Of a stretch of DNA of 64,000 nucleotides, positions 51,701 through 59,933 are shown one piece after another. The first letter of the stretch is position 1. Every line of letters starts with the position of its first letter. The notes under the pieces were generated by a model, which was not told where the DNA came from, made no database searches, and saw nothing but the letters and a program-made list of their open reading frames with translations. Origin of the DNA: Candidatus Latescibacterota bacterium (GTDB lineage Bacteria > Latescibacterota > UBA2968 > GCA-2709665); the NCBI GenBank assembly GCA_965226795.1, contig CBDDDZ010000005.1, forward strand, positions 256,001 to 320,000. The letters run 5' to 3'. Position numbers and translations under genes: made by a program.

Positions 51701-52035
51701 TGGGCACGTTCGGTCTGGGGATAGTGATGGTGCGGAACGTCGTTGAGCGACGGGCTGAACTCGCGGCGCTGCGGACGATGGGGTTTCGCAGGTGGTTGTT
51801 GTCCGGACTCCTCTTTGTGGAGAACGGATTTCTGATGTCGATGGGCATGGTCATCGGCGGCGTGTCCGCGATGGTTACCACCGTGCCCCATTCTACGGCC
51901 GGCGAACTGCCATGGGGGTCGCTGTTGGGGACCCTCTGCACAATCTTCGGTGCGGGCCTGGCCGCGGGCGCCGTGGGGATCTTTGTCGCGCTCAGAACCC
52001 CGCTGTTGCCGGCGTTGAAGCGGGAAGGCGCCTGA
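48715..52035 (+). CDS. ABC transporter permease (duplicated FtsX/MacB-like)
   Basis: Two FtsX-like TM modules (EQRADEVG..GF; ERRAELA..GF) with large periplasmic domains; TTG start after GGGAGG. Confidence 0.85.
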   Translation: MRRSLTFFWRIHLSVMLGVAVATAVLTGALLVGDSVRESLRDLTLDRLGEIDHALVSERFFRAGLARDIEAAGGEFTVVPAVTLTGSAVHAKEGARASRVRILGVDSRFENLFEMEMPDLARRGSATLFVANESLRRELNARVGDAILLSFELPGDIHRESLFGRDEVSESIQTVRVRLTGVLPDRGMGRFGLRARQDVPLNAFVSLPVLQETLGLPARVNTLLASKGTHDAGDPGPGLSRAAMLDDLGLSMRVEAGYFAVESTQFFLKPHVADTILGLADGWGMPRLAILTYLANTIRVGERVLPYSTIAAMDVGRVGMLRLADGSGAPVPGEGEVLLNAWAAKDLHAVTGDAVDVVYFEVGPKEALKTRRVTFRLAGVVAMEGLGADSLLTPEFPGLRDAEDMHAWDPSFPVDLKRIRPVDEAYWDAYRAAPKAIVSAATGQRLWRSRFGNLTSIRIGPLPGEDVRGSAERFRAGLREALSPEAAGLVFQPVREHGLAAASGSTDFSLLFSGFSLFLIVSAALLVALLFRLGVEQRADEVGVLMASGFTVAAIRRRFMGEAIGLAGLGGLGGLAGGLAYGWIMIAGLRTWWVPAVGTTELALHVSGFSLAAGYLISQLVVLLSIRMTVRRLGRVPVRALLSGTLYEESADGGRRARTYALGSLGLAAACLAGAANAGREASMALFFGCGALLLISGLGLLSMWFRGRQHATAVGIWRMGVRNSARNPGRSMLCASLIACACFVVVAVGAHRRADVTEDALNSRTSGGGGFQLVAETDSPLYHDLNTEDGRFELGFSREDADILDRARVLPLRVLPGEDVSCLNLYQPRHPRVLGVPEAMIRRGGFAFERLLEEAEAPWSLLIRRAEPDVIPAFGDVNSVTWILHKKLGDEIPMRTDTGAIVRLRLVGLLKNSIFQSELLVSERNFTAHFPDVGGYGYFLVETDRPGEVGALLERRLQDAGLDATSTAARLARFRAVENTYLSTFQTLGGLGVLLGTFGLGIVMVRNVVERRAELAALRTMGFRRWLLSGLLFVENGFLMSMGMVIGGVSAMVTTVPHSTAGELPWGSLLGTLCTIFGAGLAAGAVGIFVALRTPLLPALKREGA

Positions 52036-52151
52036 ATTTCGCAAAGGCTCGAGGAGAATTGGATTTCGATTGCGGACGGTTGCGGCGTATATTTGATTGA
52101 AGATTCGGCGATCCAGCCAACGCTGTCTATTCCTGGTGAAAGGAGCACAGA

Positions 52152-53453
52152 ATGAAGACGATATTCCGGGCGTTAGCCGTGTTGTTTCTTTTGATCGTTA
52201 CCGAACAGGCGGCGTCAAATTGGCCGCATTGGCGAGGTCCGAACGGGAATGGGCTGGTCGATGGCGGGAATCCGCCCGTGGAGTGGGGCGAGGGAAAGAA
52301 CATAAGATGGAAGGTTCCGATCCCGGGTCTGGGCCATGCGACGCCAATTGTTTGGGGGGACCGGATATTCGTGCAGACGGCCGTCCCGACCGACAGCGTC
52401 ACGGCGGGTTCCGGCCAGGAAAGGCGCGCGGCGACACCGAATCTGTTTCAGTATAAGGTGCTGGCGCTGGACCGGCGGAATGGAAAAACGGTGTGGGAAA
52501 AGACGGTTCGGGAAGCGCGTCCCCACGAAGGGATGCATCAGACGGCATCATTCGCGTCGAACTCCGGAATAACCGATGGCGAGCATCTTTACGCCTATTT
52601 TGGTTCACAGGGCCTGTACTGTCTGGATATGGACGGCAATTTGAAATGGGAGAAAAACTTTGGCAAATACTGGAGCCGGAACGCTTTTGGCGAGGGTGCT
52701 TCGCCCACGATTTACGACAACACACTGATCATCAACTGGGATCACGAAGGGGATTCGTTCATTGTGGCCCTGGATAAGAAAACGGGCAGGGAACTCTGGC
52801 GAAACGAGCGGGATGAGGTCACCTCCTGGTCCACGCCGCTGGCGGTCGAACATAAGGGAAAACGTCAGATCATCGTGAGCGCGTCAAGGCGCACCCGGGG
52901 TTATGACCTGGAGACCGGGGCGCTGATCTGGGAATGCGGCGGGTTGGGGACGAATGTGATTCCGACACCCGTGCATGCAAATGGGGTGGTCTACGTGACA
53001 AGCGGTCACGGGAGCCCGGCTATGCAGGCGATTTCTCTGGATAGGGCGAAGGGCGATATTTCGGGGTCGGATTCGGTGCTTTGGTCGATTACCCGGGATA
53101 CGCCCTACGTGTCGTCACCGCTGCTTTACGGTCACAGGCTTTTCTTCCTGAAGAATCGACGTGCGATTTTGTCCTGTTACAACGCCAAAACGGGCGAAGC
53201 GTTTTTCGGTCCACAACGCCTGGAGGGGATGGGCAGCATCTACGCGTCGTTGATCGGCGTGAAAGATCGCGTGTATATCGCCGGCCTGGAGGGCACGACG
53301 CTGGTGGTCAAAAACAGCCCCGAATTCGAGATTCTGGCGGCAAACACGTTGGATGAAGGGATTGCGGCCTCGCCGGTGGTGGTGGGCGATGCGCTCTATC
53401 TGAGGGGCAGCAAGCACCTCTATTGTATCGTGGAAGACAGGATGGATCAATAG
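52152..53453 (+). CDS. Secreted PQQ-binding-like beta-propeller protein
   Basis: Signal peptide, NWPHWRGP, GHATPIVWGD, SWSTP, ASPVV motifs. Confidence 0.87.
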   Translation: MKTIFRALAVLFLLIVTEQAASNWPHWRGPNGNGLVDGGNPPVEWGEGKNIRWKVPIPGLGHATPIVWGDRIFVQTAVPTDSVTAGSGQERRAATPNLFQYKVLALDRRNGKTVWEKTVREARPHEGMHQTASFASNSGITDGEHLYAYFGSQGLYCLDMDGNLKWEKNFGKYWSRNAFGEGASPTIYDNTLIINWDHEGDSFIVALDKKTGRELWRNERDEVTSWSTPLAVEHKGKRQIIVSASRRTRGYDLETGALIWECGGLGTNVIPTPVHANGVVYVTSGHGSPAMQAISLDRAKGDISGSDSVLWSITRDTPYVSSPLLYGHRLFFLKNRRAILSCYNAKTGEAFFGPQRLEGMGSIYASLIGVKDRVYIAGLEGTTLVVKNSPEFEILAANTLDEGIAASPVVVGDALYLRGSKHLYCIVEDRMDQ

Positions 53454-53490
53454 AACAGGAACCCGGGACCGAACGGAGAGAGGAGTTTCG

Positions 53491-54489
53491 ATGAACCGGC
53501 TAGCGGGCATGGATCGAGTATTTTGCGTAGCCGTCATTATACTGCTTGGTGCACTTGGGTGTGAGGCGCCGGAGAACGAGCGAGAATCATCCGAATCCGC
53601 ACGACGGTTCCTGAGCGTGGGTACCGCTCCGCCCGGTGGCGCGTTTTTTGTGGTCGGTGGTGCGATCGCCCAGGTTGTGGACGATCACGGGGGCGACCTG
53701 TCCTGGGACGTGAACGCGGAGGCGACCAAGGGGACGCAGGAGAATATCCGCCGGCTCGTGCGCGGGGAGCTGGAATTCGCGCTGGCCAATGCCGCGATTT
53801 CATATTTTGCGGTGCGTGGCGCGGGAGCCTGGGGTGAAAAGCAGGAGATCAACGCCGTGATGACGCTGGCGCCGAATATTGCGCTCTTCATTACGCCGGA
53901 CGGAACGGGGATCCGGGCCATCCCCGATATCAAGGGCAAACGGGTCGTCGTCGGTCCGGCCGGCGCCGGGTTCGAGTACTTCCTCGCGCCGATCCTGGAG
54001 GCGCACGGTGTGACCTACGATGATTTCAGCCCGCTGCACAATACACAGGCGGGGGCCGTGGACATGCTTGCGGACGGATCTGCCGCCGCCGCCTTTCTGG
54101 GCGGCGCCGTGCCCACGGCGTCCATAACCCAGGCGAGCGCTTCTCAGGACGTCCATTTTATCCCCTTCGGAGCCTCTGAGAAAGAGCGCTTGTTTCAGGA
54201 CTATCCTTTCTTCAGCGCCGCGAATATTCCGGCGGACACCTATCGTGGGCAGACCGAAGCCTTCGAAGGCATGAACGTCGGTTCGATGCACCTGGTGACG
54301 CGGGCCGGCCTGGACGAAGAGACCGTCTACCGGTTTACCAGGATCCTTTACGAGAACCGTGCAGACGTGGTCAGGAAGCATCCGGCAGGCAAAGCCATCC
54401 AACCGGGGAATGTGATTCGGGATACGGGCACACCCTTCCATCCCGGGGCGATCAGGTATTACAGGGAAATCGGGATCTGGCCTAACTGA
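53491..54489 (+). CDS. TAXI family TRAP solute-binding protein
   Basis: GTAPPGGAFF, TKGTQENI, PFHPGAIRYY motifs; lipobox ALGC. Confidence 0.9.
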   Translation: MNRLAGMDRVFCVAVIILLGALGCEAPENERESSESARRFLSVGTAPPGGAFFVVGGAIAQVVDDHGGDLSWDVNAEATKGTQENIRRLVRGELEFALANAAISYFAVRGAGAWGEKQEINAVMTLAPNIALFITPDGTGIRAIPDIKGKRVVVGPAGAGFEYFLAPILEAHGVTYDDFSPLHNTQAGAVDMLADGSAAAAFLGGAVPTASITQASASQDVHFIPFGASEKERLFQDYPFFSAANIPADTYRGQTEAFEGMNVGSMHLVTRAGLDEETVYRFTRILYENRADVVRKHPAGKAIQPGNVIRDTGTPFHPGAIRYYREIGIWPN

Positions 54490-54490
54490 T

Positions 54491-56422
54491 ATGCTCGAAT
54501 CATGGCTTTTTCGTATCCTGGCGACCCTGCTGAGTCTTTTTGTCCTGGCTGAGGTCAACTATCCAGGATTGACGCCTCAAGCCCAACTGGCGGTTTTTGC
54601 CATGTTGGGCTTGAGTCTTGTTTTTCTCAAGCACCCGGTGCGTCCTGGTGCCGCCAGTGGAAAATCTCCAGGGACTCTGGATTTTTTCCTCGTTGCGGCT
54701 GTTTTTATTTGTTTCGGCTATGTGCTGGTTCAGACTGAGCCGGTCTTCAGGAACTATTGGTTGGGTGGCCGCAGCCTGGGTAACCGTGCGGGGCTGGAAC
54801 ATCCGCTGGATTGGACAGTCGGGCTGGTCGGCCTCATTCTCGTGCTCGAAGCGACCCGCCGGGCGATCGGCCTCACCCTGCCCCTGCTCTCCCTGGCGTT
54901 TCTCGCCTACGCCGCCTTCGGCCACGCGATGCCGGACTGGCTTTTCCCTCACAGGGGATATGGCTGGGAGCGTATCGTCTCTCAGACCTTTCTGCATTCA
55001 CAGGGCATATTCGGCATCGCGTTGAAAGTGATGTTCACCTACGTGTTTCTCTTCGTTCTGTTCGGCACGACGCTGGATAAGACCGGCGCGACCGCGTACG
55101 TGTTGGATGCCGCGCGCCGGTTTTTTCGGCAGCGCACCGGCGGATCCGCGAAGGTTGCCGTTGTTTCTTCAGGGATGATGGGTTCGCTTTCCGGAAGTGC
55201 GGTCGCGAACACGGCCACGACGGGTACGTTCACGATCCCGATGATGCGTTCGGCCGGATTCCGGCCTGTGGTTGCAGGGGGGATTGAGGCGGCGGCCAGT
55301 TCGGGCGGGGCGCTGGTGCCTCCGATAATGGGCGCCGGCGCTTATATGATGCTGGAGATGGTGGAGCCGGCGGTCTCCTATCTGGAGATAATCAGAGCGG
55401 CGCTCATCCCTGCGGCTTTCTACTATACCGCGCTTCTGCTGATCGTTCACTTCTACGCAAAGCGCATCCGGGTGGACGCAGGGGAAGAAGAAACCTCGAG
55501 TCGCCCGGCGGGAGCCCAGGGCCTTGTCTTCCTGGTGGCTCTTGTGGGCCTGATCCTGCTGATTGTACTCGGGTATACGCCGTTTCGGGCGGTCAGCATC
55601 GCTTTGGTCTGCATGCTCCTGGTGGCCGCATTGTACCGGACGACGCGCGTGGGGCCTCGCGCGCTGTTGCATGCGGTGGAAAGCGCGGCTCACGGCGGCG
55701 TGTCTTTAATCGCGGCCGCTTCCTGTGTGGGAATCATCATCGGGGTGGTGACGCTTACCGGTATCGGCACCAAACTGCCTGGCGCCATTTTATCCCTGGC
55801 GCAGGACAACCTGGTCCTGGCGCTGATACTGCTGATGGTTTCCACCATCATCCTGGGGATGGGTCTGCCATCGGCGGTATGTTATCTCCTGATGGCCACC
55901 CTTGTCGGCCCGGTTCTGGGCGATCTGGGGGTTATACCCCTGGCGGCGCACATGTTTATCTTCTATTTCGGGATGATGTCGATGGTGACGCCTCCGGTGG
56001 CACTGGCCGCCTACACGGCCGCCGCAATTGCAAAGGCGGACATCATGCGAACGGGCTTGGCGGCCTTTCGTTTCGCCCTTGTGGGCTTTGCCCTTCCCTA
56101 TGCTTTCGTTCTGCATCCCGAGTTGCTTCTGGTTTCGCCCGATCTGCCGACCACGTTGATCAACGTTCTCGTTGTCTTTCTGGGAATTTTTCCCCTGGCG
56201 GCCTCCATTTCCGGCCATGGCTTCGCTCCGCTCAATGCGTGGCAACGCGTTGCTCTGCTAGTTGCGGCTCTCGTCCTCTTTCTCACTCCTTCCGGAAGTA
56301 TGCGGGTCTGGATTCAGGGATCCGCCCTGTTGGTTACCGGGATCGTCGCCGTTCTTAACCGTCGGTCCGCCGCGGCTTCGGTTCACAGTCAGGACGAGTG
56401 CGCTGATGCGCCCGACGGCTGA
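54491..56422 (+). CDS. TRAP transporter fused permease (4TM/12TM)
   Basis: SGSAVAN, EAAASSGG..PPIMGA, GMGLP, TPPVALAA motifs. Confidence 0.92.
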   Translation: MLESWLFRILATLLSLFVLAEVNYPGLTPQAQLAVFAMLGLSLVFLKHPVRPGAASGKSPGTLDFFLVAAVFICFGYVLVQTEPVFRNYWLGGRSLGNRAGLEHPLDWTVGLVGLILVLEATRRAIGLTLPLLSLAFLAYAAFGHAMPDWLFPHRGYGWERIVSQTFLHSQGIFGIALKVMFTYVFLFVLFGTTLDKTGATAYVLDAARRFFRQRTGGSAKVAVVSSGMMGSLSGSAVANTATTGTFTIPMMRSAGFRPVVAGGIEAAASSGGALVPPIMGAGAYMMLEMVEPAVSYLEIIRAALIPAAFYYTALLLIVHFYAKRIRVDAGEEETSSRPAGAQGLVFLVALVGLILLIVLGYTPFRAVSIALVCMLLVAALYRTTRVGPRALLHAVESAAHGGVSLIAAASCVGIIIGVVTLTGIGTKLPGAILSLAQDNLVLALILLMVSTIILGMGLPSAVCYLLMATLVGPVLGDLGVIPLAAHMFIFYFGMMSMVTPPVALAAYTAAAIAKADIMRTGLAAFRFALVGFALPYAFVLHPELLLVSPDLPTTLINVLVVFLGIFPLAASISGHGFAPLNAWQRVALLVAALVLFLTPSGSMRVWIQGSALLVTGIVAVLNRRSAAASVHSQDECADAPDG

Positions 56423-56908
56423 GTGATATCCGGCAGCCGTCATCGCTCGCAGGACGTCGTCGGCCCCCCGTGGCGACAAAGTCCCATCCAGAACACAGGC
56501 CTTCAGGATTCCGACGGTTCCCGTAAAAACGACACCTCTATCGAAACAACAACTCCTGGCGGCCCGGTCGTCCGTGGCAACAATACCGCCGCGGGTTTGC
56601 GCGAGGGTTATACACGAGGCTTCGCCGGGGGAGAGAGTCTGCAAGAGTTCCCGGTAGGTATCGCGCTCTTCCGGAGAGAAGCGTTCAACACCGCTCAATC
56701 TCCCGGTCGCAACTGCGGTCTCGACCTCCTGCAAGCCGGAGTAGCCGGCGACAATGCCGTCGGCGATCTCGTCCAGCACCTGCGGCGTGACATGTGCCCG
56801 AAGACCGTAACGGGTAATGACCAGGTCCAGGCGGACGGAAAGGACGAAATTGCTCAGCGTAACCGTATCGAAAAAGAACTGCCGGCCAGGTTCAGGCACG
56901 CGCGGCAT
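56258..56908 (-). CDS. PIN-domain (VapC/DUF3368-like) toxin
   Basis: FDTVTLSNF, LSPGEASCI, ATDDRAAR, GTVGIL motifs; the 3' end overlaps the convergent permease gene. Confidence 0.8.
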   Translation of the reverse strand: MPRVPEPGRQFFFDTVTLSNFVLSVRLDLVITRYGLRAHVTPQVLDEIADGIVAGYSGLQEVETAVATGRLSGVERFSPEERDTYRELLQTLSPGEASCITLAQTRGGIVATDDRAARSCCFDRGVVFTGTVGILKACVLDGTLSPRGADDVLRAMTAAGYHSAVGRISALVLTVNRSRGGPTVKNGDDPGNQQGGSLNPDPHTSGRSEKEDESRN

Positions 56909-57206
56909 CCTCATCGCCGTACACGTTGCGCTGGGGGATGCCCTGCTCTAAAAGCCACGACCTCAGGTGCAAGACGTGCATTCCCATCTCCCTGGCCAGC
57001 TTTCCGAGGCTGATAAACCCACCCTGGTAGGCGGCAAGCGCCTGGCTTTGGCGAAGCGGCAACTCGGCGAATCCAGGCTGGTAACAGGCGGAAATTGCTT
57101 CCCGCACGAGCTGCCCCTTGCTTTTTCGACGGATGTCCGACAGTCTTCTCAGCTTCAGGTCCGTCTCGCTGTCGATCTTGATGTGCAACGTCCTGTCATT
57201 TGCCAT
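56892..57206 (-). CDS. Antitoxin, RHH/CopG domain plus UPF0175 domain
   Basis: N-terminal RHH-like segment (TLHIKID...SKGQLVREAI), C-terminal YQGGFISLGKLAREMG; overlaps the PIN start. Confidence 0.75.
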   Translation of the reverse strand: MANDRTLHIKIDSETDLKLRRLSDIRRKSKGQLVREAISACYQPGFAELPLRQSQALAAYQGGFISLGKLAREMGMHVLHLRSWLLEQGIPQRNVYGDEDAARA

Positions 57207-57234
57207 ATTCGCCTCCTGAAAAGGTGTCTGGTTC

Positions 57235-57270
57235 TTGTATTAATATACAACTTCTTATACAAGATATCAA
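57235..57270 (-). promoter_or_regulatory. Sigma70 promoter with overlapping operator palindrome for the TA operon
   Basis: Minus strand TTGATA-17 nt-TATATT; palindrome TTGTAT-N4-ATACAA (57235-57250) overlaps the -10 box. Confidence 0.65.
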
Positions 57271-57358
57271 GATCGGGTACAATCAGATGCAAGGGCAAAT
57301 AAGTCGATACTTTTTTTGGGTGATCCGCCGGAGGCAGGGCGAAACTGGGGAAAGGCGA

Positions 57359-57640
57359 ATGATGGGTAATTCTCCGGGCCTGTCCGGTCATTTCCTACTG
57401 TCTCTTTAATCTTGTTTTTCTTTCTTATTCGCGTAAGAAAAAGGACCAAAAAGAACCGCGCCGCTCAAACGCCGCGGGGCTGCTTTTCCGCGAATCGCCT
57501 CAGTGGCAGTTACCTGGTTTGGTGGCCTGCTGAAATCGTAGGCATCCATAAACCGTGTTGCTGAATGGATTAGCGCGGAAAAGCCCCTTCCGCGCAGACC
57601 GGGAGGGTGAGAGGTAACAGGGACGGACCGCGGTGAGGAT
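57359..57640 (+). ncRNA. Candidate structured noncoding element, copy B
   Basis: Colinear with the reverse complement of 25950-26273, with compensatory changes in stems. Confidence 0.6.
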
Positions 57641-57690
57641 TTGGGGTTGTACCGCGAACCTACGTTAGCTAACCGTTGAGGGCTTTACCC

Positions 57691-57714
57691 GGGAGCGAGG
57701 GCTTCCAGCCCTCG
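57691..57714 (+). repeat. REP-like palindrome, copy 3
   Basis: GGGAGCGAGGGCTTCCAGCCCTCG. Confidence 0.6.
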
Positions 57715-57733
57715 ACGCACCGTCGTTGCATTT

Positions 57734-57758
57734 GTAGGGGCAACTTTCAAAGTTGCCC
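57734..57758 (+). repeat. GTAG-type REP
   Basis: GTAG-GGGCAACTTTCAAAGTTGCCC hairpin. Confidence 0.7.
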
Positions 57759-57872
57759 ACGTGATAGCGTTGACATCGGCAACTGACATCGCCAGGCCGA
57801 TCGCTGACTGCTGCTCGCGCTCAGAAAGCCACGCAATTTGCGAACGCGGTTCCATTCCAGAGCGCTACCAGA

Positions 57873-58044
57873 GCAGAGCGCGCGGTTCCATCCAGCGCCG
57901 AGGATCGTTGTTCTACGGTGGCTGGCAGGGCAAAGGATCATGTGCCTCCGGGGAGGCAATTCGCGCTGTGCATATGGACGGCCCCGCGCCTGGGGGCGAC
58001 TTTTGGTTCCTTTTGGTCGCTTCAAAAGGAACTCGCCGAAGGCA
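57873..58044 (-). ncRNA. Candidate structured noncoding element, copy C (most diverged)
   Basis: Retains CGCGAA(Y)YGCC, TGCCCTGC and GCTGRAYGGA motifs and all stems, with different stem sequences. Confidence 0.55.
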
Positions 58045-58250
58045 GGGAATTTGGGGAGATATGGATTTTGAAGTTGGTTCTCGGTTTTTGCTTCAAGCTG
58101 ATTACTGACTGCTGATGGCTGACCGCTATTCTCGCCGGAGGCAGGGAATTTGGGGAGAAGTGGAATTGGATTCTGGTTTTTGCCTTTTGCTTCAAGCTGA
58201 CTGCTGAGAGCTGACCGCTGATAGCTGTTTATTCTGATCGCTGACCGCTG
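58032..58250 (+). repeat. Imperfect ~99 bp tandem duplication with GCTGANN heptamer arrays
   Basis: CTCGCCGRAGGCAGGGAATTTGGGGAGA...TTTTGCTTCAAGCTGA...GCTGACCGCT starting at 58032 and again at 58131. Confidence 0.75.
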
Positions 58251-58303
58251 CGCACGCTGTGGTCCTCTTCCGTCTTCGGACTTGCTTCTTGCGTTGGGAA
58301 AAA

Positions 58304-59869
58304 CTACGGCGAGACGCCTCTTTTGTCGGTGGGGCCGAGCAGGGTTCGGAGGCGGTTGCGGGTGAGGGCGATGAAGTTGCAAAGAAAGGGGCGGGTTTCC
58401 CGCGGATCGATGATTTCTTCTACGGCAAAGGCTTCAGCGGAGCGAAATGGAGACGTGAACTGTCTGAGTTCCTCCTCCAGTTCTTTCTCGCGAGCCGCCG
58501 GGTTCTCGGCGTTCGCAATATCCCGCCGGTAGGCGGCGGCAACGCCGCCTTCGATGGGCAGGGAGCCCCACTCTCCGGAGGGCCAGGCAATCTTGAAGTC
58601 CAGGCCGTCTTTGTCGCAGGTGGCCATGCCGGCCATGCCGTAACATTTCCGAATGACCAGCGTGATAATGGGCACCCTGACGCGATGTATCGCGAAGACC
58701 GTCTTCATCCCTTCGCGCAGGGTGGCTTCCTGCTCTGCTGCGGTGCCGATCATGAATCCCGGGATGTCCACGAAAAAGATCAGCGGGATGTGGAAGCAGT
58801 CGCACATTTCGATGAAATGGGTCTGTTTGCGCGCTTCTTTGGCGCCCATGGCGCCCCCGGATACCATGGGGTTGTTGGCGACAATGCCCACCGGTTGGCC
58901 GTTGAGCCGCGCGAGACAGGTGATGAGCGCGCGTCCGAACGTGGGCTGGATTTCAAAGATGGAGCCCTGGTCCATAACCAGTTCCAGCAGGCGGTGCATC
59001 CGGTAGGGGGAGGTGCGTTCACGCGGTAATATGGATAACAGTTCCTCTTCACACCGGTCAACCGGGTCGTCGCTGGCTTCGGAGGGGGGCAGTTCCCATA
59101 CGTTCTGAGGCATGTAGGAGAGAAAACGCCGTATCATGTAAAGGCACTCGCGTTCGGTGTCGACCGCGTTGTCGACGGTGCCGGCCATGTCCACGGCAAT
59201 ATCGGGTCCGCCGAGGTCTTCCTTCGAGACCTCTTCCCCCAGTGCGCGTTTGACGAGGGGCGGCCCACCTGAGAAAATCTGACTCGTACGTCGCACCATA
59301 ACGGACCAGTGCGAGAGAATGGTTCGTCCGGCGGGTCCGCCTGCCGCCGTACCGAGTACGGCGGATATGACGGGGACTTCGCCGAGGAGTTGAACGGAGC
59401 GGCCGAAACTGTTGACCCCAGGGAAGACCGTGTAACCACGTTTTTCAGCGCCTCTCACCGACCCGCCGGCCCCGTCCGCAAGGTTGATGAGCGGAATGAG
59501 ATACGTTGACGCAAGGTCTTCTATAAAGCCGCCCTGTCCGCCCTTTCGCCGGTGCGTGCCGGGGCTGCTGCCTCCCCGAACGGTGAAATCTTCGCCGCCA
59601 ATGGCCACGGGCCTACCATTGATGCGGGCGATGCCCATCACGTAAGGGGCGGGCTGGACGCTGATCAAGTTGCCGGCTTCGTCGTACTCGCCTCTGCCCG
59701 TGAGGCTGCCGACTTCTGTGAATGAGCCGCTGTCCACCAGTGCATCGACGCGTTCCCGAATGGTGAACCTGCCCTGCCCGTGCTGGCGTTCGACGTTCTC
59801 GGACCCGCCCATTTTTCTGGACCAGGACCGACGCGCCTCGAGTTCATCGCTCTCTTTTTGCCAGCTCAT
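58304..59869 (-). CDS. Acyl-CoA carboxylase/decarboxylase carboxyltransferase (beta) subunit
   Basis: RERVDALVD, DFTVRGGS, VDIPGFMIG, RKCYGMA, IIDPRETR motifs; AGGAGG RBS. Confidence 0.9.
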   Translation of the reverse strand: MSWQKESDELEARRSWSRKMGGSENVERQHGQGRFTIRERVDALVDSGSFTEVGSLTGRGEYDEAGNLISVQPAPYVMGIARINGRPVAIGGEDFTVRGGSSPGTHRRKGGQGGFIEDLASTYLIPLINLADGAGGSVRGAEKRGYTVFPGVNSFGRSVQLLGEVPVISAVLGTAAGGPAGRTILSHWSVMVRRTSQIFSGGPPLVKRALGEEVSKEDLGGPDIAVDMAGTVDNAVDTERECLYMIRRFLSYMPQNVWELPPSEASDDPVDRCEEELLSILPRERTSPYRMHRLLELVMDQGSIFEIQPTFGRALITCLARLNGQPVGIVANNPMVSGGAMGAKEARKQTHFIEMCDCFHIPLIFFVDIPGFMIGTAAEQEATLREGMKTVFAIHRVRVPIITLVIRKCYGMAGMATCDKDGLDFKIAWPSGEWGSLPIEGGVAAAYRRDIANAENPAAREKELEEELRQFTSPFRSAEAFAVEEIIDPRETRPFLCNFIALTRNRLRTLLGPTDKRGVSP

Positions 59870-59933
59870 CCGGACCTCCTGTACGACGGGCGATGTTTCG
59901 CCCGCGGCATCTGGTTTGCGCGCTTTTCGCCCG

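Noticed and set aside
57485..57582. Hammerhead ribozyme-like layout in the element (CGAA ... CTGA..GGA closed by a stem)
   Set aside because: Core nucleotides deviate from GAAA and CUGANGA in all three copies; not called a hammerhead.
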